Below are positions 7,754 through 15,217 of a stretch of 32,000 nt of DNA, in pieces; within the stretch, counting starts at the first letter, position 1, and each line of letters starts with the position of its first letter. The stretch is from Opitutales bacterium (GTDB lineage: Bacteria; Verrucomicrobiota; Verrucomicrobiia; Opitutales; PNEW01). The notes beneath the pieces are model-generated. The model searched no databases and had not been told where the DNA came from. It saw nothing but the letters and a program-made list of their open reading frames with translations. The translations under genes and the position numbers were made by a program. The stretch is from contig CBDCNV010000001.1 of assembly GCA_965219535.1 (NCBI GenBank), forward strand, positions 540,001 through 572,000, read 5' to 3'.

Positions 7754-9715
7754 ATGAATGTTCATCGACAAGAATCTATCGGTTTAATAATCCGAAATAT
7801 TATAATCACTGCTATACTCTCGGTGTTCATGTCATCGAAGTTATTGGATGCTCAGGAATCTGGCGGTATTAATTCCGAAACGTATAATGAAAGTGCAGTT
7901 GATGATATTACAAAAAATGAGAAGATTGGAAGTGCTCCTGATTTGCGTACTCGAGATCAGACAAAATACAGAATGATTGATGAAGTTGGCGAAGCCTGGG
8001 AGCGGCCGCAAATATTTGATCGTACCGCAGTTGCTCGCCCTCAAGAGAAGTCAAACCGTATACTGCTTAAAATGGAGTCTATAGTACTTCCCCGTGTAAA
8101 TTTTAACGGTGTTATTTTAAGCCGTGTAATCGACACTCTTTCTGCTCTCTCAGAGGAATATGACCGGGAAAAAGATGGTATAAATATCGTGCTTATCGAT
8201 CCGGCGAATAAAGACCCCACAGTAAATATTGCGTTGCGCAATTTAGCATTAAATAGAGTTCTAGATTTTACCGTTGAATCCATAGGTTATGAATATGATG
8301 TTCAGGATGATGTCGTCGTTGTCCGCCCGAGCACAGGAGTAATCGGCTCTCGTTTAGAGACTGAATTTTTCCCCATCTCCCGTTCTACTATAATCCGCCT
8401 TACCGGCATAGGCTCGAGAACGGGAAGTGGAGATGCCTCTTATGATCCTTTTGCTCCTACTCATGCTCAGAACTCGGGTGACTACGCACTGGGTGGTGAA
8501 GAACAGGTACTCATGAATTTCCTCCAACGGGCAGGTATTCCCTTCGATTCAGTCCCCGGCTCGAATCTCGCTCTTGCTGACGGCCAGCTTATTGTCACAA
8601 GTACCTCGCGGCACATCGACAAGGTTCGCAATTTGCTGCGTCGTTATAGCGAAGTAAAACAAGTCGAGATAGAAACTAAATTTATTGAAGTTCAGCAAAG
8701 CGACCTCGATGAGTTGGGCTTTGACTGGTCAGTGACAGGTAGTGACTTCAGACTTCAATCCTCAATGCGCAGTCTATCCGATGCGTTTTCAATTGGATCG
8801 AATGGAAAAAACATTGTGATCAGTCGTAATGATCCTTTGGGGGATAGTGGGTTATCCACCGCGGATAATTCCCGTTTAATCGTTCCCAATCTACCACCGA
8901 GTCTTCCCAATACTATTGAACTCGGGGAAGGGGCTGATGATTTTGCATCATTTACAGGGATTATTGGTAATGTGGAAGTAAGCGCAATTATCCGGGCGCT
9001 CTCGCTCAAACAAGGTACCGATTTGATGAGTGCTCCGAGAGTCACTGTCTTATCCGGAAAGACCGCGGAAATCGTGGTCGCGCAGGAAATGCGATATCCG
9101 GAGTCCTACGCAGATATTGAATCCGATGTAGGCAGTTCAAGCAGCACGATAAGCGGCGGGAGCGCGGGGATAACGATAACAGCTGGAGCGCCCCAGAATT
9201 TTGTCGTGAGAAACGTGGGGGTAGAAATGGAAGTGACGCCGACAGTAGAAGACGACAACAGCATAAGTCTCCTACTCGAACCGCTGGTCACTGAGTTTGA
9301 AGGTTTTGTCGAGTATGGCGGGCCCAGTATCGGTATTTCCGGAGGGACAACGGTGACCGTTCCATCCGGGTTTTTTCAACCAATATTCTCCGTACGTCGC
9401 ATTCGCACGGAAGTAACCATTTGGGATGGTGCGACGGTCGTGATGGGCGGATTGACGCGCGAAGAGGTAAAAAGCGTCGAAGATAAAGTACCCATTCTTG
9501 GGGATGTGCCTTTACTTGGTCGACTCTTCAGATCGAAAGGGGAGACGACACAAAAGCGAAATCTCCTTATCTTTGTCACCGCCAATTTAATCAGCCCGGG
9601 TGGGTCCCCCGCGCGCCAGCAGTACTCCGAAGTAGAAGCCGGTTCACTCTTCCAAAATCCAACGATGGTAACCCCCGGTGGTGCAATCAATCGTGAATCA
9701 AATGATGATCCTTAA
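7754..9715 (+). CDS. Secretin (GspD/PilQ family outer-membrane channel; Amuc_1098 position)
   Basis: 653 aa with a signal peptide. The C-terminal secretin-domain motif is VPILGDVPLLGRLFRSKGETTQKRNLLIFVTANLI. Confidence 0.9.
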   Translation: MNVHRQESIGLIIRNIIITAILSVFMSSKLLDAQESGGINSETYNESAVDDITKNEKIGSAPDLRTRDQTKYRMIDEVGEAWERPQIFDRTAVARPQEKSNRILLKMESIVLPRVNFNGVILSRVIDTLSALSEEYDREKDGINIVLIDPANKDPTVNIALRNLALNRVLDFTVESIGYEYDVQDDVVVVRPSTGVIGSRLETEFFPISRSTIIRLTGIGSRTGSGDASYDPFAPTHAQNSGDYALGGEEQVLMNFLQRAGIPFDSVPGSNLALADGQLIVTSTSRHIDKVRNLLRRYSEVKQVEIETKFIEVQQSDLDELGFDWSVTGSDFRLQSSMRSLSDAFSIGSNGKNIVISRNDPLGDSGLSTADNSRLIVPNLPPSLPNTIELGEGADDFASFTGIIGNVEVSAIIRALSLKQGTDLMSAPRVTVLSGKTAEIVVAQEMRYPESYADIESDVGSSSSTISGGSAGITITAGAPQNFVVRNVGVEMEVTPTVEDDNSISLLLEPLVTEFEGFVEYGGPSIGISGGTTVTVPSGFFQPIFSVRRIRTEVTIWDGATVVMGGLTREEVKSVEDKVPILGDVPLLGRLFRSKGETTQKRNLLIFVTANLISPGGSPARQQYSEVEAGSLFQNPTMVTPGGAINRESNDDP

Positions 9716-9814
9716 TATTGATAAGTTAAAAAATATACAGCCCATGACACACAATAGATACGTGATTGCAGAATGACGATGACTGACTCATTTATTGAAC
9801 CTTGTAATCTTTAT

Positions 9815-10036
9815 CTTGTCATTGCGAGGGAGGTTAAAACCCGACCGCGGCAATCCAGTGGGATGTCTACTGTGTACTTAAAACCCTGAATGTTAGAGTT
9901 TGTTTCAGCTAGACGAACTCTCATTGGCAAGATCTGAGGAGTGATAGGTGTTTTGTTGATACAATGACTATTCGCCTGGAATGGAAGATGTTGCTACGCT
10001 CGGTAGCCGTGTCGTGTTACTCCTCGCAATGACAAG
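9815..10036. mobile_element. MITE-like element, family 2 (full copy)
   Basis: Perfect 15-bp terminal inverted repeats: CTTGTCATTGCGAGG at 9815-9829 and CCTCGCAATGACAAG at 10022-10036. The right two-thirds recur at 20259-20387. Confidence 0.6.
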
Positions 10037-10037
10037 C

Positions 10038-10302
10038 GGGAAGAAAAAGGGGTCAAACGTAGAATTTAAATGTAATCGTCTGATGAACTAATTACTGACC
10101 CTTTAGGAGTAACAGATATGCAGGCGTTCTGAGATCTCTGGGTAACTATCTATTGTCCTCCCGCGTAATAGTTGACCAATCTCAACCATCGATTCAACAT
10201 TTCACCTTCAATTCTTTGCTTTCATCATAGCTTATTATACGGATTGCTTCAATTGACACTCATTAGATATTTAAATTCTACGTTTGACCCTTCTGGCTTT
10301 TC
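10038..10302. mobile_element. MITE-like element, family 1, copy A
   Basis: 23-bp perfect inverted ends GGGGTCAAACGTAGAATTTAAAT / ATTTAAATTCTACGTTTGACCC(C). Nearly identical to 14863-15129 and 18837-19102. Confidence 0.7.
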
Positions 10303-10333
10303 ACGGCGATTGGTTAGGGTGATTATTGCATCA

Positions 10334-11092
10334 CTAGCCAGGCTGACGAAGCCGAAACACAATGAAATTACACATCCGTAGCTCATCCTTGAAACCGGGA
10401 TATTGATCAAGCATCTCAGAACTTGGCTGTGGCTCTTGCATAGCCTCCAAATGAAAACCTGATTTAATAAAAGTATCAACATACGAACTCAATGTGCGAT
10501 GATACCAAAACAATTTGTCCGATGAATCTAGTGGATATTCCTGTTCATAACGGCCCTCGCAAAAATATCTGTCCACCCGCCAATGCTGTTTCCAACCTTG
10601 TGAATTTCGTTCCCAACCACTCTGAGGTGATATGAAGCAGGGATGCGAAATCGAAACGATATATAGGCCATCAGGTTTGATCAATCGGAAGGCTTCTTCT
10701 ATGGCAGCTTGATAGTTCGGTAGATCCTGAAGAACCATGTTAGATATGATTAGATCGAAGTGGTCTGCTTCTAAAAATGGCAGTGATTCGCAATTGCCAT
10801 GATGATAGGTGATAGCCAAATCCGGCGATGTGCGCTCATGTGCAATACGTAACATGGCCGTGGAAAAATCTACACCTGTTACGACTGCCCCTTGTTTGGC
10901 CAAGAGCCGACTGAGATAGCCATCACCACATCCGGCATCTAATACCGTTCTATCGGCTACATCGCCGATAAGACCAAACAGCGTCGGATTAAGCAACACG
11001 ATACGGTGTTGATCTCCTTCAGCGCCGAAGTCAGCCATGAGATTTTGAGCATGCTTATCCCATTGACCGATGGCTTTTTCAGCTTCAGACAT
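10334..11092 (-). CDS. Class I SAM-dependent methyltransferase
   Basis: Motif I VLDAGCGDGYLSRLLA, followed by VTGVDFS. 252 aa. Confidence 0.85.
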   Translation of the reverse strand: MSEAEKAIGQWDKHAQNLMADFGAEGDQHRIVLLNPTLFGLIGDVADRTVLDAGCGDGYLSRLLAKQGAVVTGVDFSTAMLRIAHERTSPDLAITYHHGNCESLPFLEADHFDLIISNMVLQDLPNYQAAIEEAFRLIKPDGLYIVSISHPCFISPQSGWERNSQGWKQHWRVDRYFCEGRYEQEYPLDSSDKLFWYHRTLSSYVDTFIKSGFHLEAMQEPQPSSEMLDQYPGFKDELRMCNFIVFRLRQPG

Positions 11093-11119
11093 GTCTTATA
11101 TCCTTTGAACGGAGTTTCG

Positions 11120-11206
11120 CCCTAACGTTCAAGTTGACCGGCGGCGCGAAAAGCGTCGCCTTCAGTATCGACGATGATCGCCGTCCGGTCCAACGCTTTG
11201 TTATAC
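11120..11206 (-). other. Integron attC-like recombination site (attC-1)
   Basis: Read on the minus strand: GTATAAC ... GTTAGGG. The arms GTTCAAGTTGACCGGCGGCG and CGCCG[T]CCGGTC[C]AAC pair, leaving two bulged bases on the plus strand. It begins 13 nt after the upstream stop and ends 27 nt before the next start. Confidence 0.7.
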
Positions 11207-11219
11207 CGCGATTCATGCG

Positions 11220-12101
11220 CTACGAGTCTCGGGATTCCAGCTCTTGACGATACCGTTGTGTTGTCCAAATGTCAGTATCCCAAAAGTCTTTGACCACTGG
11301 ATTGTATTCGGCATCACGATCAATTGCCCAGTGATAATGTTTGATTGGGCGCACACTATCGTCATTTCCGATACGAACACAACGGCCGATTATGGTCCAA
11401 ATGTCACAAGCATTCCAAAATTGATTAGCGTTTTCGAGAACGGGTTCCGGGAGCGATTCAATGAAGAGTTCATTGAATGTTGCTATGAATCGCGCGGATC
11501 GCGTTTGGACGACATCGTCGACGGCCCATATATATTCCGGCTCTTCGGGAATCTCCGCACAGCCAAGGTCATCCATTGCGTAAAGCACGACAGATTCACG
11601 CAGCGCAGATAAGACAACCGAATCGCGCGAAAGTGCAGCCAATGCCACCAGAGAAAAATCGTCGGAATCCAGCGCAAATTGACAGGCCGAGTTTGTGAGA
11701 TTCTCGATGTTCCATTCAGGAAATGTCTTCTGCAGGGCAACGGACAATGAATCTTCGCCGACCGTAAGGAGATAATCATCAACAAACGGCGGGCCAAAGA
11801 TAGGTGATTCAGTAACCTGCTTGAGGCGAGTGAAACCATCGACAGAGCTCAATTCGGATTCGCGATGTTTGGGAACTCGTTGAAGCGCGCGAACTAGACG
11901 GAAGTATTCAGTGAGAAGTTCGTCTTCTGCGTAGTACCCTTCAATTGGTACGTCCGCAGGCGCAACCGACAATGCGCTGGCGGTTTCTTTGGCGCAACGC
12001 AAGAGTTCATCGCGCTCGTGGCACTTCATGGCCTCGCGATAGAGGTCATCAAGACCGATCAGAAACACGCGGTTGTCTACGACTCGGCGTTCTGTATTCA
12101 T
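11220..12101 (-). CDS. Hypothetical protein (cassette-encoded)
   Basis: 293-aa ORF bounded by attC-2 (upstream) and attC-1 (downstream). I recognise no motif. Confidence 0.65.
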   Translation of the reverse strand: MNTERRVVDNRVFLIGLDDLYREAMKCHERDELLRCAKETASALSVAPADVPIEGYYAEDELLTEYFRLVRALQRVPKHRESELSSVDGFTRLKQVTESPIFGPPFVDDYLLTVGEDSLSVALQKTFPEWNIENLTNSACQFALDSDDFSLVALAALSRDSVVLSALRESVVLYAMDDLGCAEIPEEPEYIWAVDDVVQTRSARFIATFNELFIESLPEPVLENANQFWNACDIWTIIGRCVRIGNDDSVRPIKHYHWAIDRDAEYNPVVKDFWDTDIWTTQRYRQELESRDS

Positions 12102-12120
12102 GGCGGCAATTGAGTTAGCG

Positions 12121-12177
12121 GTATAACGTTTGAGCTAAGCGGCGCGTTTACGCGTCCGCTTCAGCGACTTGTTAGAA
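12121..12177 (-). other. Integron attC-like recombination site (attC-2)
   Basis: Plus strand: GTATAAC GTTTGAGCTAAGCGGCGCG TTTA CGCG[T]CCGCTT[C]AGCGACTT GTTAGAA. On the minus strand the TAA stop of ORF 12172-12597 lies inside the TTCTAAC box. Confidence 0.75.
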
Positions 12178-12597
12178 AGTTTCCTTTTTTAGTAAGTCTC
12201 TTCCGCCGTGACTGAGTAGCTTCTTCTTATATTCAATCGATTGCATCTGAGGACATTCCAATACTGCCTTGATAAATATCTCTGGTGGTAGGTAATTATG
12301 TACTGCGACATAATGAACGATTAGCTCCGGGGCGGCATAAACATTGCCGTCATAGGGAATGAATAGATTCGCGGTGCCTTTCGCTCCATCGAATTGACAT
12401 AGTTCACATTCATGCGCTCCACCAGACACGAATGTCTGGAATGGTTTTGAAGCAAGGTTCTTCAACTTAGAATAGAATTCTCCAGAAACCTTGCCTTTGG
12501 GAAATTCGAATTCCCAAGATAACCACCCTACTGCAACGAGCTTCTCGCTTCGCACTGGAAAATAGTCACAGATTTCTAAGTCTTTAATTCGTGTCAT
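12172..12597 (-). CDS. Hypothetical protein with HxCxxC ... YAAPxLIxHYxxxHxYxPP motif (conserved family of unknown function)
   Basis: 141 aa. GAHECELCQ ... VYAAPELIVHYVAVHNYLPPEIFIKAV resembles a widespread uncharacterised family that I recall only in outline. Confidence 0.65.
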   Translation of the reverse strand: MTRIKDLEICDYFPVRSEKLVAVGWLSWEFEFPKGKVSGEFYSKLKNLASKPFQTFVSGGAHECELCQFDGAKGTANLFIPYDGNVYAAPELIVHYVAVHNYLPPEIFIKAVLECPQMQSIEYKKKLLSHGGRDLLKKETF

Positions 12598-12606
12598 TAT
12601 ATTTCT

Positions 12607-12748
12607 AACAAGTGATTCTAAAGTTCTGTAATTTCGTGTGTGAGGATAATGCTGTCAAGGTTGGTAACTGATAAATACACAATTTTCTAACTTGTGTTCC
12701 TTACTCCAAACGTGATATAGGTATTTCTGCTTTTGTGATTCCTTATCA
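12607..12748 (-). repeat. 142-bp upstream 'leader' repeat, copy 1
   Basis: Homologous to 28530-28671, with conserved ends and a divergent central ~40 nt. On the minus strand the sequence just downstream of the conserved part reads CACTTGTTAGAAATATA-ATG, a GTTRRRY-like box just before the start codon. Confidence 0.6.
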
Positions 12749-12782
12749 TCACTTGCCGGCAATCGAAACAGTTAATTAAGAT

Positions 12783-12950
12783 CTAACTATATTTCTGAAT
12801 CCAACTGTAAACGGTATTGTAATTTAATTTTAACTTCCTAGCTATTGCCGCAATATTCAATCCCCATTCATACAGATCTAAAACTTTTTGCGAATACTCT
12901 TGTTTAATCCGTTTTTTGTATCCGGGGCAAAGTTTCCTCGGACGACCACC
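12783..12950 (-). pseudogene. Relic of a transposase-type helix-turn-helix N-terminus
   Basis: The minus-strand frame reads PTGGRPRKLCPGYKKRIKQEYSQKVLDLYEWGLNIAAIARKLKLNYNTVYSWIQKYS*. This is typical of IS630/IS3-type HTH regions. It has no start codon and is cut off by element B. Confidence 0.35.
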
Positions 12951-12953
12951 TGT

Positions 12954-13030
12954 GGGAAGAAAAAGGGGTCAAACGTAGAATTTAAATGTAATCGTCTGAT
13001 GAACTAATTACTGACCCCTTCTGGCTTTTC
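12954..13030. mobile_element. Family-1 element, internally deleted copy B (77 bp)
   Basis: The first ~60 nt of the family-1 left end are joined directly to the last ~20 nt of the right end, at the repeated TGACCC motif. Confidence 0.6.
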
Positions 13031-13127
13031 TTATATACCATAAGCGATAAAACGCTGTGGTTACTCGCTGTCGCTGTTCAGTGGTAAAATTGATTCTGTA
13101 TCCATGACTCCTTCCTCTACGATACTC

Positions 13128-13226
13128 CCAGAACATTAGCCGCTTTTACGATAGTTGCTTGTTGCCTTTCACACTGCAAAAACCGAGTATCGCTAATAAA
13201 CCTGATTGGCTAATCTAATGTTGGAT
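13128..13226 (+). other. Long attC-like junction element (S-type, copy S5), plus-strand orientation
   Basis: CCAGAAC-ATTAGCC ... GGCTAATCTAAT-GTTGGAT. The 3' half is homologous to the minus-strand reading of 23968-24010. GTTGGAT lies 19 nt before ATG 13246. Confidence 0.4.
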
Positions 13227-13245
13227 AAGCCGAGAAAGGCAAGGC

Positions 13246-14844
13246 ATGATGGAGCAACCGTTTCGACTTATATGGGAGGCTGAATGGAACGACATCGCGT
13301 GCGTGGATTACCCGCTGACGCCGGAGCAATGGCTGGGCGAGTGCATACGCCCGCTGGAGGGGACGCAGGTGGACTGCCTGCTCTACAACCTGTGCTCGTC
13401 GGACGCATACTGCTGCGACCTGGAAAGCGGCGAGATCCTGGGCGATGCGTTTGATCAATTCGAGGATGCCTGGGTTTGGCGCTATCGAGAGAACACTAAG
13501 AAGCTGATCGAGGCGAACGCGAACCCGCCGGTGCTTGCGTGTGAGTACGGGCACCGCATGGGATTGAAGCTGATTCCGATCGTTCGCATGAATGATGCAC
13601 ACGACCAAGTTTACAAGTACGAGGTCAGCCGGTTCAAGATGGCCAACCTGCATCTGCTTTTGGGTTACACCGGACCGGATTGGCAGCCACCTTGGGGCAC
13701 ATGGTTCCGAGCGCACCCCCATCCCGAGAGCATGGACTCCACTAATTGGGGGATGTTTGATTTTGCGCACAAAGAGGTCCGCGACCACAAAATGGCCATC
13801 ATCAAGGAGTTCATCACCCGATGGGACAACGACGGCGTCGCGCTTGATTTCGACCGTGATCCTCGCTACTTCAAAGAGTTCGGCAAGGCGGAAAACGCTG
13901 CGCTTATCACGGACATGGTACGGCAGACGCGCGAGATTCTGGACCGCGTGAGCAGCGAACGTGGTCGGCCCATGTACCTGCATGTGCGTGTCGTGGCAGA
14001 TATCGACACGTGCTGGCAACGAGGAATGGACGTGCGAACGTGGGTAACTGAGGGGTTGGTCGACGCCGTTGCGCCTGGCGCCGGATACATGTTATTCGAT
14101 TTGGACCTCGGTCCGTGGTTGGAACTGGTCGAAGGGCATGACTGCTGGATTTTCCCCTGCGCGAACCACTGGAGAAGGACGGAAGTGACCCGCGCCTGGG
14201 CCAAGTTAATGTATCATCGGGGAGCGCATGGTCTGCAACTGTTCAACTACGGGCACTTGCTCTACGGACACGGAAAAGATACGCCACCGCAATCCGAGCG
14301 AACAGGGACGGTCTGGTACGACGATCTGCACCCGGATTATTATCGTGTGCTGCGCGAGATCCACGATCCGGGCGCAATTGCCTTTCTCAACTGCGATTAC
14401 GATCTCGATTCACATCCGCGCGCGCCAAACCAGGGCGCTGAATCGGGACAGAACCACAGGATCTACCGGGGTATCGACGCGATCGTGCTCCCTGTGGAGC
14501 TGTCGGTTGGGTCACACGTCATCCCATTCGGGATTGCCGATGATCTGGAAGCGGCACGGCAACGGGTGCTGTCGCCGAGAGTCACCTTGCGATTACAGGT
14601 ACACAACTTCACGCAGCCGGATGAGTATAAGGTCTCAGTTAATGGAAGGTTATTGCCGGTAGATACGCGGAGCACCCGGGCGCAGTTTATCATGGACAAT
14701 TTTACTCGCATAACTTATCCCATACCGCCCGATGTCTTGAGGTTCGGCCAGAATGAATTGAAGATCGACATAGAACGCCTCAATCCGGTGATTTGCGTGA
14801 CTCCGCGACTGGATCATGTCGAGATTCTCGTGCAATATGCCTGA
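13246..14844 (+). CDS. Putative TIM-barrel glycoside-hydrolase-like protein
   Basis: 532 aa, GC-rich. FDFAHKEVRDHKMAIIKEFITRWDNDGVALDFDRDPRYF resembles the EVR...YD.DG..LD..R.P segment of GH-like (GHL10-type) families. The functional call is tentative. Confidence 0.55.
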   Translation: MMEQPFRLIWEAEWNDIACVDYPLTPEQWLGECIRPLEGTQVDCLLYNLCSSDAYCCDLESGEILGDAFDQFEDAWVWRYRENTKKLIEANANPPVLACEYGHRMGLKLIPIVRMNDAHDQVYKYEVSRFKMANLHLLLGYTGPDWQPPWGTWFRAHPHPESMDSTNWGMFDFAHKEVRDHKMAIIKEFITRWDNDGVALDFDRDPRYFKEFGKAENAALITDMVRQTREILDRVSSERGRPMYLHVRVVADIDTCWQRGMDVRTWVTEGLVDAVAPGAGYMLFDLDLGPWLELVEGHDCWIFPCANHWRRTEVTRAWAKLMYHRGAHGLQLFNYGHLLYGHGKDTPPQSERTGTVWYDDLHPDYYRVLREIHDPGAIAFLNCDYDLDSHPRAPNQGAESGQNHRIYRGIDAIVLPVELSVGSHVIPFGIADDLEAARQRVLSPRVTLRLQVHNFTQPDEYKVSVNGRLLPVDTRSTRAQFIMDNFTRITYPIPPDVLRFGQNELKIDIERLNPVICVTPRLDHVEILVQYA

Positions 14845-14862
14845 GCGCTTAGCATTTGGGAA

Positions 14863-15129
14863 GGGAAGAAAAAGGGGTCAAACGTAGAATTTAAAATGTA
14901 ATCGTCTGATGAACTAATTACTGACCCTTTAGGAGTAACAGATAGGCAGGCGTTCTGAGATCTCTGGTTAACTTTCTATTGTCCTTCCGCGTAATAGTTG
15001 ACCAATCTCAACCATCGATTCAACATTTCACCTTCAATTCTTTGCTTTCATCATAGCTTATTATACGGATTGCTTCAATTGACACTCATTAGATATTTAA
15101 ATTCTACGTTTGACCCCTTCTGGCTTTTC
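14863..15129. mobile_element. MITE-like element, family 1, copy C
   Basis: Same ends and interior as copies A and D, with a few substitutions and a 1-nt indel. It starts 18 nt after the stop of the upstream gene. Confidence 0.7.
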
Positions 15130-15217
15130 AGCGACCTCTGCGTCTCCGCGGTTAAATTTTCTTTTTTAAATACATTATTTTTTTGTGTTTATTCGTGTCT
15201 ATTGGTGATTAAATTCA

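Noticed and set aside
9815-10036. Family-2 element considered as a retron-like or other structured ncRNA, because 15-bp inverted repeats flank ~190 nt.
   Set aside because: There is no reverse transcriptase or other partner gene nearby. The second copy lacks the left arm altogether, which is more consistent with a decaying MITE.
10038-10302. Family-1 ends contain GTCAAAC/GTTTGAC, which resemble attC R''/R' boxes. The 265-bp elements might be giant attC sites.
   Set aside because: The 23-bp inverted ends are perfect, with no bulged bases. The length is about twice the largest typical attC. Element orientation is not tied to the orientation of the adjacent gene. A MITE-like interpretation fits better.
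10172-10381. ORFs 10172-10381 and 14998-15231 encode the same peptide, MTNLNHRFNISPSILCFHHSLLYGLLQLTLIRYLNSTFDP...
   Set aside because: Both lie inside family-1 repeat copies, start with TTG, and diverge exactly where the repeat ends. The conservation reflects the DNA repeat, not a protein.
13210-14019. Long antisense or alternative-frame ORFs inside GC-rich genes (for example 13210-14019, 13592-13951, 17299-17784, 27201-27710, 27764-28249).
   Set aside because: These are typical shadow ORFs of GC-rich coding regions. Their translations are Arg/Pro/Ser-rich with no motifs, and the overlapping frames have clear homology-type motifs.
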